A DNA stretch of 64,000 bases, from positions 64,001 through 128,000 of the forward strand of contig JBBFKW010000002.1 of the NCBI GenBank assembly GCA_037481835.1. Reading direction: 5' to 3'. The position numbers and the translations under genes are program-made. The stretch comes from Desulfosoma sp. (lineage in GTDB: Bacteria > Desulfobacterota > Syntrophobacteria > Syntrophobacterales > DSM-9756). The notes under the pieces were generated by a model. It had not been told where the DNA came from. It ran no database searches and was given only the letters and a program-made list of their open reading frames with translations. How positions within the stretch are numbered: position 1 is the first letter of the stretch; every line of letters starts with the position of its first letter. This document shows, piece by piece, positions 37,447 to 46,062 of the stretch.

Positions 37447-40400
37447 ATGGTGTGCGTGGTCCATACGTTCTATTCCTTCATGAGGGGGGTGAATTCCCCG
37501 GAAGCGTTGTGCCGGTGCGCGGTCCAGCGGGGCCACAGGGCTGTGCTGTGCGCCGATCGGAACGGCTTTTACGGCCTGGTGCGTTTCCTCGCCGCCGCCC
37601 GACGCTTCAAGGTGGATCCGGTGGTCGGCGTGCATCTGGAGCACCAGGGGCGGCACGTCATCGCCATCGCCAAGGATCTCACGGGTTATGAAATGCTGTG
37701 CCCTTGGGTGTCCCGGCGGCATCTGGATCCCGGCTTTTCCCTGGAAAGGGATTTTCCCGAGGCGGGATCCCATGTGGCGGTGATCAGCGCCGACGCCGCC
37801 TTTCTTCGAGCGGTTGCCCCGAAGGCGGAAGCCTATGTGGGCGTCGCCGCCGGAGCCGAAGGGCGGCGGGCTTTGCGCCTGGCTCGGGACCTGGGGCTTT
37901 CTCCGGTAGCCGTCCATCCCGTCTATTTCGCCGATCCCGAGGATTTTTCCCTGCACCGGCTCGTTCGGGCCATCGACACCAACTGCACCCTGAGCACCCT
38001 GGATGTCCGGGAGTTGGCCTCGCCTGAAGCGTGGCTCAAGGCGCCCGGAGACGTGGAGCGCCATTTTCCCCATTGTCCCGAGGCCGTGGCCCGCGGGGAG
38101 GCCCTCATGCGGGAGTGCCGTGCCGGTTGGGACCGATTTGAAACCGTTTTTCCCCATTACGGCGACGATTCCGGAGATCGTTTCGATGACCTGGTGCGGC
38201 GCTGCCGGGAAGGGATCGTCCGGCGTTACGGGCGAAGCTTTCCCGAATTGGAAAAGAGGCTTGCGGCGGAATTGGAACTCATCCATGCCAAGGGCTACGT
38301 GGATTATTTCCTCGTGGTGGCCGACATTGTGGGGCGCCGGCCCATCCATTGCGGCCGGGGGAGCGCGGCGGCGAGCCTGGTGAGCTATCTTTTGGGGATC
38401 ACCCACGTGGATCCCCTCCGGCACCGGTTGGTTTTCGAGCGGTTTCTCAATCCCCATCGCACGGACCATCCGGACATCGACGTGGATTTTCCCTGGGACG
38501 AACGGGACTTCCTCCTGCACGAGGTGGAGCGGATCTACGGGCCGCAGCGGTTCGCCATGGTGGCCAACCATGTGGGATTCGGCGCCCGGGCGGCGGTGCG
38601 GGAAACGGCCAAGGTGTACGGAATGCCCGCCGCCGAGATCGCGGAAGTGACGCGGCGATTGAGCGGCTGGACTCGACCGGAACGCATCGGGGAAAGGATC
38701 CGATCCCATCCGGCGTTCCGCGGCTTCGCCCTGGACCCGCCGTGGCCGGAAATCCTTGCGCTGGCCGGGCGGCTGGAGGGCCTTCCCCGGCACCTTTCGG
38801 TCCATTGCGGCGGCATGGTGCTGGCCCCGGATCGGGTGGATCGCCGGGTTCCGGTGGAACGGGCGGCCAAAGGGGTGCGGATCATCCAGTGGGAAAAGGA
38901 CCAGGCGGAAGAGGGCGGCCTGGTCAAGATCGACCTTTTGGGGAATCGGTCCTTGGGCGTGATCCGGGATGCTCTGGCCATGGTGGAGGAAAACACGGGC
39001 CACCGGGTGGATTACGCCTCCCTGAACCCGCTGGATGACCCGGACACTCAGGCCCTGCTGGCCCGAGGCGATACCATGGGCGTGTTCTACGTGGAATCGC
39101 CCGCCATGCGCCAGCTCCAGCAAAAGACCCGGCGGGGTGATTTCGAGCACCTGGTGATCCATTCCTCCATCATTCGACCCGCCGCCAACCGATACATCCA
39201 GGCCTACATCGAGCGGCTCCACGGGGCACCCTACGAACCGCTGCATCCCGCCTTGAAAGACCTCCTGGAAGAAACCTACGGCATCTTGGTCTACCAGGAA
39301 CACGTGGTCCTGTGCGCCATGGCCCTGGCGGGATTTCAATGGGCGGAAGCGGACGGGCTGCGTAAGGTGCTGAGCAAGAAGAGCCGGGAGCAGATCGAAG
39401 ACTATCGGCGCCGTTTCGAGGAAGGCTGCCGGGCTCGCGGCGTGGGCGAAGACGTCATCGGCGCCCTTTGGGATATGTTCACATCCTTTGCCGGCTACTC
39501 CTTTTGCAAACCCCATTCCGCGTCATACGCTTTGGTGAGTTTCAAGTCGGCGTGGCTCAAGGTCCATTATCCCGCCGAATTCATGGCCGCGGTCATCGCC
39601 AACGGCGGGGGCTACTACACGGCCTTCGCCTACGTCTCCGAAGCGCGGCGCATGGGCTTGGAAGTCCTCGGGCCCGATGTGAACGAAAGTCGGTGGACAT
39701 GTTGGGGCAAGGGGCGAAGGATCCGGCTGGGCCTGCAGCTCCTGCGGGGCATTCGGCGGGAGGTCGTGGAACGACTGCTGGAAGAGCGATCCCGAAACGG
39801 CCCTTTCGTCTCCCTGGATGATCTTTTCGACCGGGTGCCTCTGCAGCCCTCCGATGCGACGGTTTTGGCCAAAAGCGGCGCGTTGGACGCCTTGGCCGGG
39901 CCGCTCCACCGGGCCCGGCTCCTGTGGTGGATCCACGCCCGGTGCGCTCATGGCAAGGGCCGGGAGACCCGGCATGCCGCCCTCATGGCGCCGCAGGGAC
40001 GGCATGCTTTGGAAGGCTCTGGAGGAGCCGACGGTTTCCGCTCAGCCTCGCCCATGCCGTGCTCCAACGGGTCGCCTCGGCGTTCGTGGAAGGAATGGAG
40101 GGGGATGGCAAGGCAAGAGAGCCTCTCGGCGTTCGGGGGCACCGCGGTCCGCGTGCCGGCCCTGCCGGCTCCGGAGGCGGCGCTTTTATGGCGCCACGAG
40201 CAGGAAACCCTGGGTTTTGTCCTCTCCGTGCATCCCCTGGCCTGTTACGATGCCGCGTACCGCAAACGCCCCCGGCCGTGGGTGCGCGCCGAGGCCATGC
40301 CCCGCTTGGTGGGGAAAACGGTGTGGCTCAAAGGCTGGCCCATCACCCGCAAAGAGGTGGTCACTCGGGAAGGCGATCCCATGGCGTTCGTCTCCTTCGA

Positions 40401-40560
40401 GGATGAGACGGCCATTTACGAAACGGTCTTTTTCCCCGACGCTTACCGCCGCTTTTGCCAAACCCTGGGCTGGGAAAGGCCCTACGCCCTTCGAGGCACG
40501 GTGGAAGAATCCTTCGGCGCCGTAAGCCTCACCGTCTCCCATCTGGAATTCGTAGCCTAG
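37447..40560 (+). CDS. dnaE2: Error-prone DNA polymerase III alpha subunit DnaE2
   Basis: PHP N-terminus, GRGSAA, FERFL, PDIDVDF, HCGG, KIDLLG, YSFCKPHS, OB fold. True start is ATG 37447; the ORF track over-extends it. Confidence 0.9.
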   Translation: MVCVVHTFYSFMRGVNSPEALCRCAVQRGHRAVLCADRNGFYGLVRFLAAARRFKVDPVVGVHLEHQGRHVIAIAKDLTGYEMLCPWVSRRHLDPGFSLERDFPEAGSHVAVISADAAFLRAVAPKAEAYVGVAAGAEGRRALRLARDLGLSPVAVHPVYFADPEDFSLHRLVRAIDTNCTLSTLDVRELASPEAWLKAPGDVERHFPHCPEAVARGEALMRECRAGWDRFETVFPHYGDDSGDRFDDLVRRCREGIVRRYGRSFPELEKRLAAELELIHAKGYVDYFLVVADIVGRRPIHCGRGSAAASLVSYLLGITHVDPLRHRLVFERFLNPHRTDHPDIDVDFPWDERDFLLHEVERIYGPQRFAMVANHVGFGARAAVRETAKVYGMPAAEIAEVTRRLSGWTRPERIGERIRSHPAFRGFALDPPWPEILALAGRLEGLPRHLSVHCGGMVLAPDRVDRRVPVERAAKGVRIIQWEKDQAEEGGLVKIDLLGNRSLGVIRDALAMVEENTGHRVDYASLNPLDDPDTQALLARGDTMGVFYVESPAMRQLQQKTRRGDFEHLVIHSSIIRPAANRYIQAYIERLHGAPYEPLHPALKDLLEETYGILVYQEHVVLCAMALAGFQWAEADGLRKVLSKKSREQIEDYRRRFEEGCRARGVGEDVIGALWDMFTSFAGYSFCKPHSASYALVSFKSAWLKVHYPAEFMAAVIANGGGYYTAFAYVSEARRMGLEVLGPDVNESRWTCWGKGRRIRLGLQLLRGIRREVVERLLEERSRNGPFVSLDDLFDRVPLQPSDATVLAKSGALDALAGPLHRARLLWWIHARCAHGKGRETRHAALMAPQGRHALEGSGGADGFRSASPMPCSNGSPRRSWKEWRGMARQESLSAFGGTAVRVPALPAPEAALLWRHEQETLGFVLSVHPLACYDAAYRKRPRPWVRAEAMPRLVGKTVWLKGWPITRKEVVTREGDPMAFVSFEDETAIYETVFFPDAYRRFCQTLGWERPYALRGTVEESFGAVSLTVSHLEFVA

Positions 40561-40663
40561 GAGGCTGTCCGAGAACTCGATTCTTGCCGATCTGAGCAAC
40601 GTAAATTCAGATAGTTACGATGCCATAAAGCACCAAAATCGGCATTCTCGGACAAGCTCCTAG
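40557..40663 (+). mobile_element. MITE copy 3 (99 bp between CTAG repeats)
   Basis: CTAG-GAGGCTGTCCGAGAA...TTCTCGGACAAGCTC-CTAG; near-identical to copy 1. Confidence 0.87.
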
Positions 40664-40779
40664 GGCCTGAACGAAAATTTTTCCGCTGCAATTCCCGACC
40701 CGGCACTTCCAAACACTGACCGCAAAAGAATCCTTGTTTCACGAAGGTCCGCTGCACGAAGGGTCTTGGCCGCACTTGT

Positions 40780-40818
40780 GCCGCAAAACTGTCACACAAC
40801 AGACATCGTGTCGTCACA
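40780..40818 (+). promoter_or_regulatory. Pho-box-like direct repeats upstream of the small ORF and phoH
   Basis: GCCGCA(40780), GTCACA(40791), GACATC(40802), GTCACA(40813); 11-bp period. Confidence 0.7.
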
Positions 40819-40879
40819 CGGCGTGGACAGACTCTTTGACAGAAGGATGAAAACCCGTACCCAAACAAGGGGGAGTCCC

Positions 40880-41077
40880 ATGGGAACCTGGCACGCCGTG
40901 TGTCTCATCGCCTTCGCCCTTCTTCTTATGACTTTGGCAAGAATCAGAGTGTTTCCCCACAATCAACCCAAGACGGATTTGATCGTGGGGCTCCTCAACA
41001 GCCTATCGGCGGGATCCATAAGTGCGGGGAAATCTCGCTGCGTCTCCATGGGGCTGGGAGGTGCCGACAACGGATGA
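40880..41077 (+). CDS. Putative 65-aa single-TM protein
   Basis: AAGGGGGAG RBS; MGTWHAVCLIAFALLLMTLARIR...; its stop overlaps the phoH ATG (ATGA). Confidence 0.4.
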   Translation: MGTWHAVCLIAFALLLMTLARIRVFPHNQPKTDLIVGLLNSLSAGSISAGKSRCVSMGLGGADNG

Positions 41078-42375
41078 GCAAAACCTACGTGTTGGACACC
41101 AACGTCATCCTGCACAATCCCAACGCCATCTTTTCTTTTCAAGACAATCACATTGTCATTCCTCTGGCCGTCATCGAAGAAATCGACGACCAAAAAAAAC
41201 GCCAGGACGAAATCGGCCGAAACGCCAGGTTTTTTTCGCGCCTTCTGGATAAGTTGAGAGGTCAAGGTCCGTTGTCCCAGGGTGTTCCTCTGCCCACGGG
41301 GGGGCTGATCCGGGTGGAAGTCAACCATGTGGCCGACAATGGCCTTCCCCGCGAGTTTGACGGGCACAAGTACGACAACAGAATCCTCGCCTTGGCCCAT
41401 GCCCTGGCCAAGGAAGGAAACGGCCCGGTCATCCTCGTCACCAAGGATCTCAATCTTCGCATCAAGGCCGATGTCATCGGGGTCCGCGCCGAAGATTATT
41501 TTTCCGACAAGGTGGACTACAACGAACTGTACCAGGGCTTTCGCACCCTTTATGTGGAAGGCGACGAACTCAACCGGTTCTATAGAGAGCACAGCCTGGA
41601 GCTTCAGGGTGAGGTGAACCTCCACCCCAGGGAATTCGTTATCCTCAAGCATTCGGCTCATCCGTCCCAGTCCGCCCTGGCTCGGCACGATCATGGACGC
41701 CTCGTGCCGCTCAAGCACGCCGATGCGGTGATCTGGGGCATTCGAGCCCGCAACAAGGAACAAAAATTCGCTTTGGAACTCCTGCTCGACGACACGGTTC
41801 GCGTGGTGACCCAGGTGGGTCGGGCCGGAACCGGCAAGACGCTTTTGGCTTTGGCGGCGGGTTTGGAAAAGGTCGTGGAACACAGGGCGTACCATCGCTT
41901 TCTCATCACCCGGCCTGTCGTTCCTGTGGGAGACGACTTGGGGTATCTGCCCGGATCCCGCGAGGAAAAGCTTCGGCCGTGGATGCAGCCCATCTACGAT
42001 AATCTCGAGTTCCTTTTTCAGGAAGCGGAAGATCCCGCAGAACCCATCGACCATTTAATCCAACGCGGGGTGCTGCAGATGGAAACCTTCACCTACATTC
42101 GAGGGCGAAGCATCCCCAATCAGTTCATTTTGTGCGATGAAGCGCAAAACCTCACGCCCAACATGATCAAGACCTTGATCACCCGGGTGGGCAAGGGCAC
42201 CAAGATCGTCTTCACGGGAGACCCGGAACAGATCGACCACCCCTATCTGGACGCCGGCACCAACGGACTGTCCACTTTGGTGGAAAAGCTCAAGCACGAG
42301 CCTTTGGTAGGCCATGTGACACTGAGACAAGGGGAGCGATCCCGGGTCGCCGAGATGGGCGCCGCCCTTTTGTAG
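41074..42375 (+). CDS. phoH: PIN-PhoH (PhoH2) protein
   Basis: PIN motifs YVLDTNV, DNRIL, TKDLNLR; PhoH ATPase motifs GRAGTGKT, GYLPG, YIRGRS, DEAQN, GDPEQID. Confidence 0.94.
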   Translation: MSKTYVLDTNVILHNPNAIFSFQDNHIVIPLAVIEEIDDQKKRQDEIGRNARFFSRLLDKLRGQGPLSQGVPLPTGGLIRVEVNHVADNGLPREFDGHKYDNRILALAHALAKEGNGPVILVTKDLNLRIKADVIGVRAEDYFSDKVDYNELYQGFRTLYVEGDELNRFYREHSLELQGEVNLHPREFVILKHSAHPSQSALARHDHGRLVPLKHADAVIWGIRARNKEQKFALELLLDDTVRVVTQVGRAGTGKTLLALAAGLEKVVEHRAYHRFLITRPVVPVGDDLGYLPGSREEKLRPWMQPIYDNLEFLFQEAEDPAEPIDHLIQRGVLQMETFTYIRGRSIPNQFILCDEAQNLTPNMIKTLITRVGKGTKIVFTGDPEQIDHPYLDAGTNGLSTLVEKLKHEPLVGHVTLRQGERSRVAEMGAALL

Positions 42376-42489
42376 ACGCCGCGGACTCCTTTGGCCCAAA
42401 AACGGCCGTTGCCTTTGAGGATGTGACGCCCTGGGTTGGAGACGGTTGCACGACGGAATCCTTTCCCCCTTCATTGCGGGATTCGGATC

Positions 42490-42690
42490 GAGGCGCACCC
42501 ATTGCCTGGGAAGAGCATCGCGAACGGCGTGAAATGCCAAACCGTTGCTTTCGGCCAATTGAAGGAAGGCAAGTTCCGTGGGCGACCCGTCCAAAAGCTG
42601 GGTTGCACCCTGAGGGTCTACCTGCAGCCGGGCTCCATGCACAGATCGGCATGGCCCCGAGCGGTGCTATCTTGGCCAACTCGGTTCGCT
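42490..42690 (-). pseudogene. Relic of a cation-transporting P-type ATPase nucleotide-binding domain
   Basis: Minus strand with one frameshift reads LC/x-GARLQVDPQGATQLLDGSPTELAFLQLAESNGLAFHAVRDALPR, resembling LCNxA...GDPTExAL...PR. Confidence 0.5.
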
Positions 42691-42713
42691 TGTTTCGTTC
42701 GGCTTCAGAGGAC

Positions 42714-42766
42714 GTCACACCGTTGTCACAAAAGTGACGTCAAGGCGACACGAACGGAAAGATACT
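42714..42766 (+). promoter_or_regulatory. Pho-box-like repeats upstream of the GT4 operon
   Basis: GTCACA(42714), GTCACA(42725), GACGTC(42736), GACACG(42747), then a -10-like GATACT(42761). Confidence 0.78.
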
Positions 42767-42834
42767 GTGGCGACGACGCCGAAGGGCGAGCTGCCACCCT
42801 TCGGCGAGAAATGTTGGGACAAAAGAGGAGTCTC

Positions 42835-44025
42835 ATGCCCGTCATCACCATCTGTGACGTGATCCAATTTCACAGCCCGCTCAGCGGTGGCATCAAACGC
42901 TACGTGACGGATAAGGCCCGTTTTGTGAAGTCGTTAAAGGATGTGAGCCATTGCGTGATTGTTCCCGGCTCAGAGGATCGCCTGGAAGTTTTTGGAAAGT
43001 CCAGGTTTTACTTTGTTCGGTCTCTGCCCATGGTGGGTGCCGTAGGCTACCGGCTGTTGCTTTCTCGCTGGAAGATCTTGGACATTCTGCGGAAGGAAAA
43101 ACCCCACGTCATTGAAATCGGGGATCCTTACTACTCGGCATGGGTGGCTTTGGCATATGGCGAAAAATCCCGGACTCCCACCGTCGGCTATTATCATTCG
43201 GATTTTCCACGAGCTCTGGATCGCACCGTAAAAAAATACTTCGGTTCCACCACGGCCCGGATGACCTCTTTTTATATCCACGGCTATCTCAGCCGGCTTT
43301 ACCGGCGCATGGATGCCGTCGTTGCGGCCACCCGCCGAGGTCGGGATGCCCTGGGCCATCTGGGCGTGCGCACGACACGCATCATTCCCTTGGGCGTCGA
43401 TCTCGAAATTTTCCACCCTCGGAGGGAGCGAGAGGAATTTCGAAGGACTCTGGGAATTTCTGCCTCGGGCCGTTTGATTCTCTACGTCGGGCGACTGGCT
43501 AGGGAAAAGAACGTGTCGAGCCTGGTGCCCATGATGGACCGACTCAATGGCAACGGAGTGCCCGCCGTTTTATGCATCGTGGGCGATGGGGAGCTTCGCA
43601 AGAAGCTCTGCAAGGCAGCCGCTCGGAGGTCCTACATCCGAATGATGCCCTATTGCCGATCCATGGAGACTCTGGCCCGCATTTATTCGGCGGCCGACCT
43701 GTGCGTCTATCCCGGCACGAGTGAGACTTTCGGCTACGTCTCCGTGGAAGCGCAAGCCTGTGGCACGCGGGTCTTGGTGGTCCAGGGCGGTGGGGCCGAA
43801 GAGACCGTGAAGGGTGAAGATCCGTGTTACCTGGCCCGGTCCTCCAATCCCGAAGATCTGGCCCAGGCGGCGGCCCTCTCCTTGACCACACCCGAATCGG
43901 AGGAGACGCGCCGGATGCGGCATTACCGGATCGCCGATCGGTTCCCGTGGCATCGAACCTTCGAACAGCTCCTCACTTTGTATCGGGAATTGGCCGATAA
44001 GGACCCGATTTCCTGGGCGGCTTGA
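42835..44025 (+). CDS. Glycosyltransferase family 4
   Basis: SGGIKRY, YHSDFP, PLGVDLEIFHP, YVGRLAREKN, VGDG, ETFGYVSVEAQACG. GAGGAG RBS before ATG 42835. Confidence 0.92.
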   Translation: MPVITICDVIQFHSPLSGGIKRYVTDKARFVKSLKDVSHCVIVPGSEDRLEVFGKSRFYFVRSLPMVGAVGYRLLLSRWKILDILRKEKPHVIEIGDPYYSAWVALAYGEKSRTPTVGYYHSDFPRALDRTVKKYFGSTTARMTSFYIHGYLSRLYRRMDAVVAATRRGRDALGHLGVRTTRIIPLGVDLEIFHPRREREEFRRTLGISASGRLILYVGRLAREKNVSSLVPMMDRLNGNGVPAVLCIVGDGELRKKLCKAAARRSYIRMMPYCRSMETLARIYSAADLCVYPGTSETFGYVSVEAQACGTRVLVVQGGGAEETVKGEDPCYLARSSNPEDLAQAAALSLTTPESEETRRMRHYRIADRFPWHRTFEQLLTLYRELADKDPISWAA

Positions 44026-44044
44026 AAAGAGGACCATTTGGGGA

Positions 44045-44800
44045 ATGGGGTCTTCGAACAAGGCTCTGATCGTCTCCTTCCATGATGTAACGCCCGTGAC
44101 TTACAACGCGTTTTCGGCCTTTGCAGAAGAATTGGCCGCCGTGGGTGTCTTTTCATTGACGTGGCTTATTGTGCCTTTGTGGCACGGGCATTTGTTACTC
44201 CCGCCCGAAAGCCCTTGCGCTCAGTACCTGCGCACAAGGCAGGCTCACGGCGACACCATGATCCTTCACGGCTTGACGCATCGGAAAACGGGCAGACCGT
44301 TGGGGGAATCTTTCAAGAACTTCATCATCCGGCGAGTGTATACCGCAAGGGAGAGCGAATTCTTGCATCTCCGCGAAGACATTTTGAGACGCAAAATCCG
44401 CCTGGGCAAGGCGATTTTGGAAGGGGCCGGAATTGGACCTACGGGATTCATCGCGCCGGGCTGGATTTTCCCGCCGGACGGCCACGGGATTCTCAAGGAG
44501 ATGGGTTTCCTTCTCACCGAAACTTACGGGCACATTCACGGGGTACAAACAAACCGTTCCGTTCGGGCGCCCGTGATCACGGCAAGCAGCCGCGCGTTGT
44601 GGCGGACGGTCCTTTCACGGGCTCTCGTGCCGGCATTGAGGCATCTATATTCGGATGCTGTGGTGGTGCGCGTGGCCATTCATCCCGCAGATCTTCATGA
44701 CTCCGCAATGCGCCGTCTTTGGCTGGAAGTCATCGGGAAACTGCTTGGCCGGCGAGAGCCCCGAACCCTGTCTTCGTGGGCGGCGAGCGTCGGGCTGTAA
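44045..44800 (+). CDS. DUF2334 / polysaccharide deacetylase-like protein
   Basis: VSFHDVTP, LHGLTH, ESEF, GFIAPGW, RVAIHPAD. Confidence 0.85.
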   Translation: MGSSNKALIVSFHDVTPVTYNAFSAFAEELAAVGVFSLTWLIVPLWHGHLLLPPESPCAQYLRTRQAHGDTMILHGLTHRKTGRPLGESFKNFIIRRVYTARESEFLHLREDILRRKIRLGKAILEGAGIGPTGFIAPGWIFPPDGHGILKEMGFLLTETYGHIHGVQTNRSVRAPVITASSRALWRTVLSRALVPALRHLYSDAVVVRVAIHPADLHDSAMRRLWLEVIGKLLGRREPRTLSSWAASVGL

Positions 44801-45804
44801 TGCTTTTTCACGGTTCCAGAGCGCCCCTTTACGAGGGGCGAAAACTTTTGAAGGCCGCATTCTTTGGAGCGGTTCTTTGCATTTTTCCCCCTCTTGTCGT
44901 CCTCCTCTCCCGGGACGGCCCCGAGATGTTGGAGAATTTCCACAGGGTGCCCATAGGGCTCCTCGGCCTTTTCTCATCCATGGTTTTCGGGGCGTGGGTG
45001 TGCCACAGCCTGCGCGTTCTGATCATGGTGAGGGCTCTGGGATACCCCTGTTCTTGGGTGGACGCCTTCTTTGCAGCTTTGGCCATGGAATTCGGTGTGG
45101 CAGCTACCCCGGGAGGCGTGGGCGGGGCTACCTTGAAGGTTGCCTCTCTCAAGAAACTGGGGATGCCGGTCGGGGAATCCCTGGGGCTTATCGCCACGGA
45201 TCTCCTCATTGATATGGTTTTTTTCCTTGCGACGGGAATTGCGGGCACATGGGCCGCCGTCACGGATCCCCGATGGCAGAAAATGTGGGCTTCGGTCACG
45301 GTAAGACGTCTCCCGGAGGTGGGCTGGGAAGCTGTGGCGGTATTCGGCGTGGCGGTTCTAATGAGTCTCCTGTGGATGAAAAAGAGCCGATCCAATCGAA
45401 CCGGCCTCGTGGGGGAAGTTCCGGGAGCTGCGGAGTCGTCGCCGAGAGAAAGCCTCTGGGGGAAGACTCTGGATGCCCTTCGCCTCGGGTGTCGTGTGGC
45501 GCCCCGATTGTTTCAAAACCATGCGGCCGCCGTTTTCACCTGTCTGTTTCTCTCGTTAGGCCAAGGATTATGCCGGTTCGGCATACTGCCCCTTTTGGTG
45601 CGTTTCTTCGATGCCGACTTCAGCCTCCTCCCTTTGTTTCCTCTCCAGGCGTTGCTCTGGGCTCTGTCCCTGGCCCTCGTGACTCCCGGCGGGGGCGGCG
45701 GTGTGGAAATTCTTTCGCTGGTGTTTCTCCGAGCCCTGCTGTCGACGGAAGAGGCGACCGTCATTGTTTTCGTGTGGCGTTTCTTTACCTTGCACCTGAA
45801 TTGA
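44800..45804 (+). CDS. Lysylphosphatidylglycerol-synthase-TM (UPF0104) flippase-like membrane protein
   Basis: Multiple TMs, ATPGGVGG, TPGGGGGVE, WRFFT. TAATG coupling to the previous gene. The last helix appears cut by TGA. Confidence 0.85.
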   Translation: MLFHGSRAPLYEGRKLLKAAFFGAVLCIFPPLVVLLSRDGPEMLENFHRVPIGLLGLFSSMVFGAWVCHSLRVLIMVRALGYPCSWVDAFFAALAMEFGVAATPGGVGGATLKVASLKKLGMPVGESLGLIATDLLIDMVFFLATGIAGTWAAVTDPRWQKMWASVTVRRLPEVGWEAVAVFGVAVLMSLLWMKKSRSNRTGLVGEVPGAAESSPRESLWGKTLDALRLGCRVAPRLFQNHAAAVFTCLFLSLGQGLCRFGILPLLVRFFDADFSLLPLFPLQALLWALSLALVTPGGGGGVEILSLVFLRALLSTEEATVIVFVWRFFTLHLN

Positions 45805-45971
45805 CTTGTTGGTTCTCTTGCCTTGTTCCGTCTTTTTCCGAAGGCTCATAGCTGAAACGCATCGCATCGGCGCAAAATCCTCTTCCAGCTTTTTGTGGCG
45901 CCCAATGGGGTCGGCCGCCTCATCGATGAACCTTGCGCGATGATTCGGAGTCGACTGAAATCTCTTTGCCT

Positions 45972-46010
45972 TTCATCAAATTGTCACGCCGTTGACGCCT
46001 CCTGGAAACC
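45972..46010 (+). promoter_or_regulatory. Degenerate Pho-box-like repeats upstream of the PHP-GT gene
   Basis: TTCATC(45972), GTCACG(45983), GACGCC(45994), GAAACC(46005); 11-bp period. Confidence 0.55.
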
Positions 46011-46062
46011 TTCCCGTGGCAGAGTTGTCGCGAACGAAAACCTGAAAGGGGGAGGCGAACCC

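Noticed and set aside
45802..45804. TGA as a selenocysteine codon
   Set aside because: The position lies in a TM helix with no Cys/redox context, and I see no convincing SECIS hairpin.
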